Source: Erysipelotrichaceae bacterium (GTDB taxonomy: Bacteria; Bacteroidota; Bacteroidia; Bacteroidales; Paludibacteraceae). Taken from it: DNA of 47,756 nt. Made by a program: the position numbers and the translations under genes. Under the pieces are notes generated by a model. That model was not told the origin of the DNA. It did not search any database and saw only the letters and a program-made list of their open reading frames with translations. Positions within the stretch are counted from its first letter, which is position 1. Each line of letters opens with the position of its first letter. Location: NCBI GenBank assembly GCA_963633255.1, contig CAVGYO010000001.1, positions 1-47,756 of the forward strand, written 5' to 3'. Of the stretch, positions 21,764 through 31,625 are shown in pieces.

Positions 21764-24700
21764 TCAATAGGCGAATTTGCCCTGCGAAACACGCTTTTCG
21801 TCGTTGTAGTAGAATACATAGATCAGCGTTTTGCCCGTGCGTTGTATGCGAATGATAGTGCCAGCCGCGCCTGCATCGCAAATATCGTCGTTCGGGTCGA
21901 TGAGCGGCACATCGTGCTTGGTAATCAGTCGGCCAGCGGTGTCGTATATGGCCACCGACACATTGTTGCGCCGTGTGCTGGCTTTGAACAGGTCGCCGCC
22001 GAGCATTGTCCAGCAAACATCGTCGGCTGTTGGTGCGTCGCCCGGGTTGATGTCCGACTCGATGAACTTGATGGTGTAGGTTTGTGTGGTGCCATCTTCG
22101 GCGGTGCAATAGATGTACTGCGTGAAGCGGTCGGTGCGGTCTTCGCCATATTCTACCGTCTGCAGCAGCGAGTCGCTCGCTATGCCCTCGATGGTCGGAA
22201 TAGTGGTGGCACCTTTGGCAATGGTGTAAGTGTATTCAAACACATTCGGGTCGAAATCTTTCAGCGATTTGTGGTCGATGATGATGTCTTTCAGCAGAGC
22301 ATTGTCCGATTTTTCGATGGCAAACATCAGCACATAGACATTTGTTGCGCCGTTTTGTGCCGTTACCGAAACGAGAATGACAGCGTTGTTATCGACAATA
22401 GTCGTGAGCGTATCGCCCGCAGCAACGGTTACCGTTTGTCCCGCAGCGATGGTATTGACGGTATTTTCGTGCGACAAATAGCCTTCGTTGGTGAGTGTCA
22501 GCGTGGTGTCGGTCAGTTGCAGCGTTTGTGTGGCATAGGCCAAGGTTACCGTTTGGTCTTTGTCGCCTTTGGTATAGCGCACATTGGCCAGTTTCGGGAA
22601 ATCGTTTTCGGTTGTGCCAAGGTCGAACAACAGGTCGTAACTCGTCGAATCGGGGTGGAATAGCGGCTCGAAATTCGGGTAGATAACATCGACGAAATAG
22701 AGGTCTTTCAGTTTGTTGTTGTTCGACAGTGCCACGGTGAAGTTCAGTATGTACTCGTTGGTCTGCATTTCGTCTTGCGAAACAACGCTGATGCTTGCGC
22801 TGCCGTGTGTGCCGAGGCTGTCGGTAGTGAGTTCGTGTGTGTCGAGCGTTACCGATTTGTAGGCCGTTTCGGGCAGTTGCGTTTTCCAAGTGATGCTGGG
22901 CAGTTGTTCGGTGCCGTAGGGCAGTGTGATGTAGTATTCGTAGTCGTCGCTCGCAAAGTTTTCTTCTACTACGAAGTTGGCTGCCTGCGTACTGAGCGAA
23001 TCGCCATTGAGGAAAATCATTTGCAGGAAAGCGTTGTCCGACAATTTTGTGGTGAATGTGATGTGGTAAACGGTCGTGGTGCTGCCGTCGGCGGCGGTTA
23101 CGGTGATGGTGGCCGTGTTTTCGCCACGCACAACCTCAACGATTTGTTCTGCATCGCCCTTTTCGTAGGTGATTTCGAGATTGCTAACGGTTGTTCCGTA
23201 GGGCAGCGTAACATTGTATTCGGTTGTTTCTTTGTCGAAATTATCGATGGCAGTGCCGTTTAGCACGATGTTGTTCAGTGTGGCGATGTTCGATTTTGCA
23301 ACGCTGAAACTGAATGTGTAGGTGCGGCTGTTGCCGTTTTCGGCGGTTACGGTCAGTGTGTAGTGGCCGTTCAGTCCGTCGAAAATCGAATCTTTCGTTA
23401 CGGTTTGGAACGCATCGCCCGCTTCCCAAGTGATTTGCGGAATGGTGGTTGTGCCGTAGGGCATCACGCTGTCGTACTGCGTGGTGTTCGGGTCGAATCT
23501 GTCGTAAGGCAAATTGTCGAAGAAGATGTTGCGCAGCGTATCGGTGGGCGAGAGCAGCAGCGTGTTGTGCACGGTGTAGGTGCGTGTTGTGCCGTTTTCG
23601 GCGGTTACACGAATGACTGCGTTGTCGTTCAGTGTCGTCATCTGGTGCAGAATTTCGACGGTTTGATAAGCGTCGCTCCGCTCAAAATCGATGGTAACTT
23701 CGTCGCGTGTGCCGATGTCCCATGTTACATGGTAGTCGTTGGTGCGACCCGCAAAGGCGTGGTCGGCCGTGTAGTGTGTTCCCGACAGTGCCAAAGGTTC
23801 TTCTATGCCGTTGATATTCAGCACGATTGCCGCCAGCGTGTCGTTGGCCGATTTTTCGACGATGAAATGCAGCGTGTAGGTACGGCTGTTGCCCTTTTCG
23901 GCGGTTACGGTCAATGTCGATGTGGCGTTGTAGTCGTCGCTCACTTGCGTGTCGATGGTTACAGTTTGCCACTTATCGCCTTTGCCGCGGCTATCGTTGT
24001 CCGATGGCGCAATGGCTGGCCACTGGCGCGTGCCTATGGGCAGTGTGATGGTGTATTCGTACACATCGGCGGCAAAATTCTTGTCGGCGGCGAAGTTGGT
24101 TTGCCCCATCAGCAGCGAATCGCCATCGAGGTAAATCATTTTCAGTGTGTCGCTTTCCGACAGTTCCACATCGAAGAAGATGTTGTATGTTTTGGTCGTT
24201 TCGCCGTCGGGTGCGGTAACGGTGATGAGCGTTGTTTCGCGCACGCCGTTGTTGCTGATGGCGACGCTTTGTCCATCTTCGTCAAGCACAGCCACAATGT
24301 CGGGACGAATTTCGGTGCCAGCGGGCAGTGTGATGGTGTAGTCCGTTTTGTCGCTGTCGAAATCGGAAAGTGGCTCGCCGTCCACTTCGATTTGCGCCAA
24401 ATTGGTATTGCTAGAGCCTGCGGGTTTCGTGAAGGTAACGGTGTAGGTCTTCGTGTTGCCGTTTTCGGCCGTAACTGTGATAGTTGCCGCTTTCAGATTG
24501 ACGGTCAAATCGATTTTCTGTTGGAAGCGATCTTCGCTCGTGTAGTCGATGACTGGGATTTCGTTTTTCGACAGCAAAATGCTGTAATCCAGCGTGTTAG
24601 CATCAAACTCGGCGATGGCGATATAATCCACAGCAATGCTCGTCAGGTCGGCGTTGGCCGATTTTTCGGCAACGAAATTGAGCGTATAGACCTTTTCGGT

Positions 24701-27700
24701 GCCATCTTCGGCGGAAACCGTTATGGTCGTCGCTTCGTTCAGACCGTTCTGCTCCATGGCGATGGTTTGGTTGGCATCGTTGGCGCGGAAGGTGATGTTC
24801 GGCATTGTAGGTTCGTCTATCTTCGGATTGGCGCACCGCAGCGTGATGTTGTAGTCGGTAATATCGGCCGCAAACGCATGGTCTGCCGTGTATTCGGCGG
24901 CATCGGTGTTGAGCAGGCTGCCGTTGAGCATGATGGCCGCCAAAGTAGCGTCGCTCGAGGGCAGGTGGCGCAGACGAACGACCGTGGTTTTGGTGGTTAC
25001 ATTGTCTTCGGCGGTAACTTCGAATGTTGCTTCGGCAAAATAGTTGTCGCTTGCGCTACTTGCACTGCGTTGTGCTGCATTGTTGGTCGCTTGTCCGTTG
25101 AGCGTGAATTGCGCCTTTATCTGTTGACCAGCGTCGCCGTGAATGGCCTCGATAACCACAGGTTCGGTGCGGTCGATGGCGTATTCGTAAACGCTGCTGT
25201 TGAAGTTTTGCAGTGCTTGGCCGTTTATCAGAATGTTGGCCAAATCGGCATTATCCGACGGTGTGCGGTCGAACTGCAGCGTGTAGCGGTTGGTGTTTGT
25301 GCCGCGCACTTGCCAAACAACGCTGCCTTTTGTGATGGTTTGCGCCACAGTGTCGGTTGCGTCGATGCGCTCGAAAGTGGTGGCTGGTTGCGTGTTGGCG
25401 GTGTGGTGATAGTCGAATTGGTCTTGGTCGAAACTGTCGAAAGGCGTGTCGCTCAAAATGCTGATATTCGCCAATTTACCCGAAGTAACGGGTGCTTCCC
25501 AACCGAACACAATTTGGTAAGTCTTGGCGTCGGTGCCGTTTTCGGCCAGCACATCTAAACGCGTGGTATCGGCAGCGAACAGAGTTACCTGCTGTCCGTC
25601 GGACTGCTTGGTGAACGACACATTTGGCAACTGTTCGTTGGCGGTCAAGGTAACGCTGTAGTTCTCTGTGGCGCTGTCGAACGCTATGTCGTGTCCATCG
25701 ATGGTGATATTGGCCAAAGTGGCATCGTCCGATTTTTTCTCGACACGGTGGAGCAGATATTTTTGCGTATCTTTTCCGTTTTCGGCCACCACGATGATGG
25801 TATCGGTCTCGCCGTTTGTGCCGAAGCGCAGCGTTTGGTACATATTGCCACGAATCGCCACAATGTCGGGTGCGAAACGACTGCCGTTGGGCACTTGCAC
25901 GGTGTACTCAAGAGTTTTGGCGGCAAAATCGACCAGCGTGTCGCCATCGACGATGATGCCCGCCAGCGCAGCGTTGCTCGACAGCGGTCGGTTCAGATTG
26001 ACGATGTATTGGCTCGTGTTGCCGTCTTCGGCTTTCGATGTGATGGTTACAACGCGCGTTTTGTACTGTCCGCTGCAGTTGTCGGTCTCTTCGCTGTAAC
26101 TGTAGGTGTACTCTTGGTCGCTCACCTCGCCTTCGAAGGTCAGCACAGGGTCGCCTTGTAGTTCGGCATCGACTTTTACCGCCTGAATCCAGTTGCCGTC
26201 GTATTTGCCTTTGAAGCCTTTGGCCTCTTGCCCATTGACAAAAATTTTGGCGATTTTGCTGTTGTAGGCAAATTTCACCCAATCGACCAACAGCGTCGAA
26301 GCGGCCTTGCTTTTCAGCGCGCTGGCGTTGTCGCTTTCGCAACTGTTGATGGTGATGTTCATCATCGCTGGATTCTCTATCGTATTGTCGATGAGCGACA
26401 GTTCCATTGTTTTCCAACTGTTGTTGAAGTTGCGGTCGGTGAACTCTTTGGCGTATTTGCCGTTGTCGAGTGTGTAGGCAAAACTCATGTTGCCAACATT
26501 CGATTGCGACACAGGATTGTACGACATCGATACATGGTCGGGTGTGTTGCGGAACGGAATGCCGCCAAAAATCGATGTTGCGGACGAACCGTCGTTGAGG
26601 GTGGCGGTCATGTCGCCGAGCGTCATTGCACCGGGCATTGAGCCGTCTATCACTTTGCTGTAGGCGGTGGTGAGTTTGGCGTTGCTGCCGTCTTGCGTTA
26701 CCTCGCTGCCCGGCGTGAAAGTGCCTTTCGAGAAGAGGCTACCGATGGGCAGTCCAGCGATTGTTGCGCTACTTTTGATTTCGGTGGCGGTGGCAACATC
26801 GGCCAAAACCGTCCAGCCAGTGGGCTTCTGCGCCGATGTGGTGGCTTGTGCCGCTTCCCATTGGGCAAAATCGGCGTTTGGAATCACATCGTTGGTGTAG
26901 AAATAGTAGATGGTGTAGGTGGCGCTGCTGTCGTCGTCTTTGCCGAGAACGGTTATTTTGGTGCGTTTGGTGTTGCTCTCCTCTTCGTCGATGGTGGCGG
27001 TGGTGTTGTCGTAGGTGTAGGCAATCTCGGCGTTCGAGGTGTTGTCGTTGTCCACGCTCACCACATATTGGTATTTGTACGGGTCGAAATCGGCAATGGG
27101 CGTGCCATTCACCGAAATGCCAGTCAGTGTGGCTTGCGGTTTGGCCAGTTGCGGCGTGAGCGTATAAACCACATCGGCCACGCCTTCGCGGTTGGCTTTG
27201 ACGGTGATGGTGGTTGTGCCGTAGATGCCGCCGTTGTCGATGAGTACGGTTTGCTCGTCGTACTTTTTGAGACAGGTGATTTTGGGCAATACGGTCGTGC
27301 CGTAGGGCAGCGTGATGGTGTCGTTCAAAGCCGAAATCATGCCAACGCCATCGACAATGTAGTACTGCAAACCGTTGTCTTCGTCGCTTTCAGCCACTTC
27401 GAAGGCGATGTTGTAGGTGCGTTCGTCGCCATTTTCGGCTATCACGGTGAGGTGTGCGGTGTTGCGCAAACCAGCGTCGTGCAGTTTGATGCGCTGCCCG
27501 AGTGTTTGCCCATCTTTTTTGCCCAGTTCCCAATGAATGGCGGGCGCAACTGTGGTGCCGTAGGGCAGTTTTGCTACATAGTCCAGCACTTCGGCATCGA
27601 AGTCGGGCAGTAGTTCGTTGGCGTTGTCCACCGTCAGATTTTCGAGCGCGGTGATGTCCGATTTTTCTACATCGAAATAGATGCGATAGTCGGTCGAATT

Positions 27701-30700
27701 TTCGCCGTTTTCGGCCACTACACGCACGATGGTGGTGTCGTTCACGCTGTTGTAGTAGATGGTGATGGTCTGTCCGTCGTTGGCTGCCACGGGATTTATC
27801 GGTCGAACGGCAGTCTCGCCCCAAGCGAGCAGGTGCGTGTATTCGAGCGTTTCGGGCGTGAACCCATCGATGGATTTGTACTCGTTGCCGTCGTAAATTT
27901 GCAGGTCTTGCAGTTGGGCGTTGTCGCTTTTTTCAGCATCGAAATTGATTTTATACTCTTTGTTGTCGCCGTTTTGGGCGGTTACAACTATCTGCGTGCC
28001 GTTCAGTCCAGCGTTTGCTATGGCAATGTATTGTGTCGAGTCGATGTCGAGTTGTATATCGGGCGTTGTGGTGCTGGTCGTGCTGGTGTATTCGCTCGTT
28101 TCTGGCTGAAAATCAGCAATTTCGTCGCCATCTACACGGATGCCGTTGATGGTCGCTGCGGTCATCGGTGCGGCTTGGTAGGCGATGGTGTAGGTGAGGC
28201 GCGTTGTTCTGTCGGGCGCGGTTACCGCTATTTGCGCCGTGCCTGTGAGTACAGGTTCGGTTACGGCGTAGGTTTGCCCATCTACATTGCCTTCGAAGGT
28301 CAGTTGCGGTGCTTTGGTTGCACCAGCGGTCAGCGTGTGCGTGTAGTCGAGGGTTGCGCTCTCGAATCCGTTCAGCGGCGTGCCGTCGAGGACGATGTTT
28401 TTCAGCGTGGCATCGCTCGATATGGCGCGTGTGAAGGCAATTTTGTAGGTGGTTACGGTTTCGTCTTCGGCTTTCACAGCGATGGTTGTGCCGCCCCAGC
28501 CGTTGTTCGACACGAGTACGGTTTGCGTTTCGTTGCCTTTTTCGTAGCCAATGGTCGGCAGCGTGGCAGCGTAGGGCAGTTCTACGCTATATTCGAGCGT
28601 CTCGGGCGCAAAATCCGCTATGGTTGCACCATTAATCAGAATGTTGCTGAGCAGACTATTGCCGTTCAGCAGGCGGTCGGTAAAGAGAATTGTGTAGATG
28701 TTCGGGTCGCCAATTTCGGGCGTTACGGTGATTTTGGCTGTGCCGAGCAGCGCAGGTTTCACAATGCTCACACTCTGCCCCTCGTTTTTCTCTACACTGA
28801 TGCTGGGACAGGCTTTTACAACTGTAGTGTCGAGCAGATAGGCGTATTTGTTGGTTTTGGGGTCGAAATTCGGCAGTGCCACACCGTCGATGTAAATCTG
28901 GTTCAGCAGACGGTTCGACGATTTTTTTACCGAGAACAGGAGCGTGTAGTTGCGCACTGTGCCGTCTTCGGCGGTTACGGTGATGGTGGTTGTGCCGTTC
29001 ACATCGCCAGCAACAATCGTTACAGTCTGCGTGCTTTCGGCTTTGATTGGCGAAATTGCGGGCAGTTCGGTGGTGCTGCTGGGCAGTTCTATGGCGTATT
29101 CGAGCGTTTCGGGTGCAAAGTTGCTCAATGCTGTGCCGTCTATTTTTATGCCGCTCAAGGCTGCATTGCTCGATTTTTGTACCGAAAAGTGTATGATGTA
29201 AACCGCTGTGGCACCCGATTGCGCCCGCACGGTGATTTTTGTGTCGCCGTCCACGCCGTCTTTGCGCATGCTGATGGTTTGCCATGCGTCGCCAGCGGTG
29301 TAGGCGATGTTGGGCAGGGTGGTGGTGCCGCTACGGAGTGTTATGCTGTATTCCAGTTGCGCTGGGTTGAAGTCGAGCGTGTAGCCATCGATGGCGATGT
29401 TGCCGAGTTGCGTGTTGTCGGCCTGTTTCACCGAAAAGTTGATGGAGTAGGTGCTCGACGAGCCGTCTTGCGCTTTTGCAATGATGCGCGTTGTGCCGCT
29501 CACGCCGTTGGTGATGATGGTTGGCTCGCTTTGGTAACTGTCGCCTTTGGTGTAGGTGATGGCGGGCAGTGCCGTGGTGCCGATGGGCAGTTCGTATGTG
29601 TAATTGAGCGTGTATTCGTCGAAATTCGGCAGCAATACGCCGTCGAGATAGATGGCTTTCAGGGTCGAAACCGACGATTTGGCGGCGGTGAACACAATTT
29701 TGTAGGTGCATTTTGCGCCGCTTGCCGCTGTTACAACTATTTTGTATGTGCCTTCGATGCCGCTGATTCCGCTTGCATCGGTGGCGATGGTCTGGTATTC
29801 GTCGCCCTGTTCGTAGGTTATTTTGGGCAGACTGGTTGTGCCGAGTGGCAGATTTTGATAATAGGTCGTTTTTTCAGCGTCCCAACCCTCTATTGCTACG
29901 CCGTCGAGTTTCAAACTTTTCAGGTAGCAGTAGGTCGATGCGGTGATTTTGAACGACAGTTTGTAGGTGCGTGTGGTGGTGTTGCCAGGGGCTTTCACGG
30001 CAATGTTGTAGGTGCCAGTGCAACTGCCGTCGGCAATTTTCACGCCATTGCTCACGGTGATGGTTTGCGCACCCGCTGCGTATGCCGATGTGTAGGTGAT
30101 GGTGGGCAAAGTTGTTGTGCCGAGCGGCAACTCTACGGTGTAGTTGTTTTTGGTTGGGCTGAAACCAGCGATGGATTTACCGCCAACTTGTATGTCTTGC
30201 AGCGTGTTGTCGGTCAGTTTGCCTATCGAAAACGCAATGCGATAGGTGTTTGTTGCACCGTTGGCGGCTTTCACGCTGATGGTGGCTGTGCCTGTCGGTG
30301 TGGTGGCTTGCGTAATGCTGATGGTCTGCCCGTCGTCGCCTTTGGTTACGCTCACAACTGGGGCTTCGGTGGTGCCGTAGGGCAGTTCTACGCTATATTC
30401 GGTGATGTAGCCGTTGTAGTTTGGCACCGAGGTGGTGATGTCGCCCACTGTGTACGAAATGCTTGCGGGGCGGTTGTTCGACGACTGCTCGGCCACAAAT
30501 TTGATTTTGTAGGTCGATGTGCGCTTGCCGTCTTCCGATTTCACGGTGATAACTACAGGTTCGCCGCCTACCGTTGCTTTCGAACGGTCGATGCTGATTT
30601 CGCTGCCCGACAGTACGCGCCCCGAGAAAGAAACGCTTGTGCCGCGGCAGTTGGTGAGTGTGCCCACACCACGCTTGGCAAACATATCGGGAATCTCCGT

Positions 30701-31585
30701 CGCACCAAGTCCAAGGGCGTAGGTCTGCTCTTCACCGTTGTTTTTCTTCGGGTCGAAGCCGCTCCAACGGCGGTTGTTCACATACAATTCGTCGATATTC
30801 GAACTGTAAATCAACTCTACATCGTCGATATAGAGGTCGTTGCCCGGATAGATGCCGCTGTTGGCACGGAAATTGGGATAGTTGCCCGCCGAAAAAATTA
30901 CATTACACTTTTCTGGCGTGTCTGCTTTGCCCGTGTAGTAAATCGGCACTTTTATCTGTGTCCATTCCGAGTAGGTTTTGTACTCTTTTACCCAACCTTC
31001 GGCCACTTGGTCGGCAAATTGGCTGGTGGAACATTTGTTGCCGTCGAGGGCTTGGCGTATATCCGACTCTTCGTCGGTGTGCGTGGTCGAGGTGCAACCA
31101 CCGCTCTTGCCTGTGTATGAGTTGCCTACCGATGTGCCTTTCCACGAGTAGAACATCAGGTGGAAATACTCTTTGTCGGTGTTGTTGCCAGTGCGCTTTA
31201 TCCAAACGCTCATGGTGTCGGGGTGGTATTTGAAACTGATGCCGCCGTCGCAACCTGCCGTGGCTTCGCTCACTTTGGTGATGCTTTCGAGATACGACCA
31301 CGGTTTTCCCAAGGCCATATAGCCAGGCGCAGGCTCGGTAATGCCAGCCGCACCAACCTCCTTGTCGGTTACGTATGCGCACGAACCGCCGTTGCGACCT
31401 TCGCGCTTGTACATGAATGTGAATTTGAAACCGACTTGCGTTACATTCGAGCCGTGCCAATTTTTCAATTGCGCATCGCCGTTGAACGAATCGCTCCAAT
31501 CTTCAAATCCCGAGTCGGGCAGTTGCTGCGCTATGGCTGCAAGAGCCAAGGTCAGCAAGTATATGGTAATTCTATATCGTCTCAT
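21764..31585 (-). CDS. Giant (3273 aa) T9SS-sorted surface protein: signal peptide, PCMD-like domain, ~15 cadherin-like beta-sandwich repeats, second PCMD-like domain, ~15 more repeats, Por-type C-terminal domain
   Basis: The start was moved to MRRYRITIYLLTLALAAIAQQ (cat at 31583-31585). The N-terminal region LPDSGFEDWSD...LYIDDVELIYSS (~30800-31525) resembles the PCMD family. There are about 30 repeats of ~85-95 aa with the pattern S-x-N-x-L-x-I-x-(V/I)-D-G...F-x-P-x-x-x-x-Y...LP-x-GTT...I-x-V-x-AE(D/N)G...TY-x-I-x-F. A second PCMD-like block, NDVIPNADFAQWEAAQ...LLVDWVKFAYNS, lies at ~26255-26895. The C-terminus ...VSVAIYDTAGRLITKH...TLIYVFYYNDEKRVSQGKFAY resembles TIGR04183. Confidence 0.9.
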   Translation of the reverse strand: MRRYRITIYLLTLALAAIAQQLPDSGFEDWSDSFNGDAQLKNWHGSNVTQVGFKFTFMYKREGRNGGSCAYVTDKEVGAAGITEPAPGYMALGKPWSYLESITKVSEATAGCDGGISFKYHPDTMSVWIKRTGNNTDKEYFHLMFYSWKGTSVGNSYTGKSGGCTSTTHTDEESDIRQALDGNKCSTSQFADQVAEGWVKEYKTYSEWTQIKVPIYYTGKADTPEKCNVIFSAGNYPNFRANSGIYPGNDLYIDDVELIYSSNIDELYVNNRRWSGFDPKKNNGEEQTYALGLGATEIPDMFAKRGVGTLTNCRGTSVSFSGRVLSGSEISIDRSKATVGGEPVVITVKSEDGKRTSTYKIKFVAEQSSNNRPASISYTVGDITTSVPNYNGYITEYSVELPYGTTEAPVVSVTKGDDGQTISITQATTPTGTATISVKAANGATNTYRIAFSIGKLTDNTLQDIQVGGKSIAGFSPTKNNYTVELPLGTTTLPTITYTSAYAAGAQTITVSNGVKIADGSCTGTYNIAVKAPGNTTTRTYKLSFKITASTYCYLKSLKLDGVAIEGWDAEKTTYYQNLPLGTTSLPKITYEQGDEYQTIATDASGISGIEGTYKIVVTAASGAKCTYKIVFTAAKSSVSTLKAIYLDGVLLPNFDEYTLNYTYELPIGTTALPAITYTKGDSYQSEPTIITNGVSGTTRIIAKAQDGSSSTYSINFSVKQADNTQLGNIAIDGYTLDFNPAQLEYSITLRSGTTTLPNIAYTAGDAWQTISMRKDGVDGDTKITVRAQSGATAVYIIHFSVQKSSNAALSGIKIDGTALSNFAPETLEYAIELPSSTTELPAISPIKAESTQTVTIVAGDVNGTTTITVTAEDGTVRNYTLLFSVKKSSNRLLNQIYIDGVALPNFDPKTNKYAYLLDTTVVKACPSISVEKNEGQSVSIVKPALLGTAKITVTPEIGDPNIYTILFTDRLLNGNSLLSNILINGATIADFAPETLEYSVELPYAATLPTIGYEKGNETQTVLVSNNGWGGTTIAVKAEDETVTTYKIAFTRAISSDATLKNIVLDGTPLNGFESATLDYTHTLTAGATKAPQLTFEGNVDGQTYAVTEPVLTGTAQIAVTAPDRTTRLTYTIAYQAAPMTAATINGIRVDGDEIADFQPETSEYTSTTSTTTPDIQLDIDSTQYIAIANAGLNGTQIVVTAQNGDNKEYKINFDAEKSDNAQLQDLQIYDGNEYKSIDGFTPETLEYTHLLAWGETAVRPINPVAANDGQTITIYYNSVNDTTIVRVVAENGENSTDYRIYFDVEKSDITALENLTVDNANELLPDFDAEVLDYVAKLPYGTTVAPAIHWELGKKDGQTLGQRIKLHDAGLRNTAHLTVIAENGDERTYNIAFEVAESDEDNGLQYYIVDGVGMISALNDTITLPYGTTVLPKITCLKKYDEQTVLIDNGGIYGTTTITVKANREGVADVVYTLTPQLAKPQATLTGISVNGTPIADFDPYKYQYVVSVDNDNTSNAEIAYTYDNTTATIDEEESNTKRTKITVLGKDDDSSATYTIYYFYTNDVIPNADFAQWEAAQATTSAQKPTGWTVLADVATATEIKSSATIAGLPIGSLFSKGTFTPGSEVTQDGSNAKLTTAYSKVIDGSMPGAMTLGDMTATLNDGSSATSIFGGIPFRNTPDHVSMSYNPVSQSNVGNMSFAYTLDNGKYAKEFTDRNFNNSWKTMELSLIDNTIENPAMMNITINSCESDNASALKSKAASTLLVDWVKFAYNSKIAKIFVNGQEAKGFKGKYDGNWIQAVKVDAELQGDPVLTFEGEVSDQEYTYSYSEETDNCSGQYKTRVVTITSKAEDGNTSQYIVNLNRPLSSNAALAGIIVDGDTLVDFAAKTLEYTVQVPNGSRFAPDIVAIRGNMYQTLRFGTNGETDTIIVVAENGKDTQKYLLHRVEKKSDDATLANITIDGHDIAFDSATENYSVTLTANEQLPNVSFTKQSDGQQVTLFAADTTRLDVLAENGTDAKTYQIVFGWEAPVTSGKLANISILSDTPFDSFDQDQFDYHHTANTQPATTFERIDATDTVAQTITKGSVVWQVRGTNTNRYTLQFDRTPSDNADLANILINGQALQNFNSSVYEYAIDRTEPVVIEAIHGDAGQQIKAQFTLNGQATNNAAQRSASSASDNYFAEATFEVTAEDNVTTKTTVVRLRHLPSSDATLAAIMLNGSLLNTDAAEYTADHAFAADITDYNITLRCANPKIDEPTMPNITFRANDANQTIAMEQNGLNEATTITVSAEDGTEKVYTLNFVAEKSANADLTSIAVDYIAIAEFDANTLDYSILLSKNEIPVIDYTSEDRFQQKIDLTVNLKAATITVTAENGNTKTYTVTFTKPAGSSNTNLAQIEVDGEPLSDFDSDKTDYTITLPAGTEIRPDIVAVLDEDGQSVAISNNGVRETTLITVTAPDGETTKTYNIFFDVELSESDTLKMIYLDGDSLLMGQTNFAADKNFAADVYEYTITLPIGTRQWPAIAPSDNDSRGKGDKWQTVTIDTQVSDDYNATSTLTVTAEKGNSRTYTLHFIVEKSANDTLAAIVLNINGIEEPLALSGTHYTADHAFAGRTNDYHVTWDIGTRDEVTIDFERSDAYQTVEILHQMTTLNDNAVIRVTAENGTTRTYTVHNTLLLSPTDTLRNIFFDNLPYDRFDPNTTQYDSVMPYGTTTIPQITWEAGDAFQTVTKDSIFDGLNGHYTLTVTAENGNSRTYTFSFSVAKSNIATLNNIVLNGTAIDNFDKETTEYNVTLPYGTTVSNLEITYEKGDAEQIVEVVRGENTATITVTAADGSTTTVYHITFTTKLSDNAFLQMIFLNGDSLSTQAANFVVEENFASDDYEYYITLPYGTEQLPSITWKTQLPETAYKSVTLDTHELTTDSLGTHGSASISVVSQDEMQTNEYILNFTVALSNNNKLKDLYFVDVIYPNFEPLFHPDSTSYDLLFDLGTTENDFPKLANVRYTKGDKDQTVTLAYATQTLQLTDTTLTLTNEGYLSHENTVNTIAAGQTVTVAAGDTLTTIVDNNAVILVSVTAQNGATNVYVLMFAIEKSDNALLKDIIIDHKSLKDFDPNVFEYTYTIAKGATTIPTIEGIASDSLLQTVEYGEDRTDRFTQYIYCTAEDGTTQTYTIKFIESDINPGDAPTADDVCWTMLGGDLFKASTRRNNVSVAIYDTAGRLITKHDVPLIDPNDDICDAGAAGTIIRIQRTGKTLIYVFYYNDEKRVSQGKFAY

Positions 31586-31625
31586 GATGGTAATTCTGTT
31601 TGATGGTTTCTCTTCTGCCAATGCA

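Noticed and set aside
27833-31120. A 1095-aa plus-strand ORF, along with 23363..25558 (731 aa), 25691..26161, 26693..27613, 21842..22663 and 31341..33050 (569 aa), all opposite the giant genes.
   Set aside because: They are antisense shadows of the 3273-aa and 964-aa genes. Their translations are Gly/Arg/Val/Cys-rich low-complexity sequence. The minus-strand frames, in contrast, show signal peptides, coherent domain repeats and a T9SS tail.
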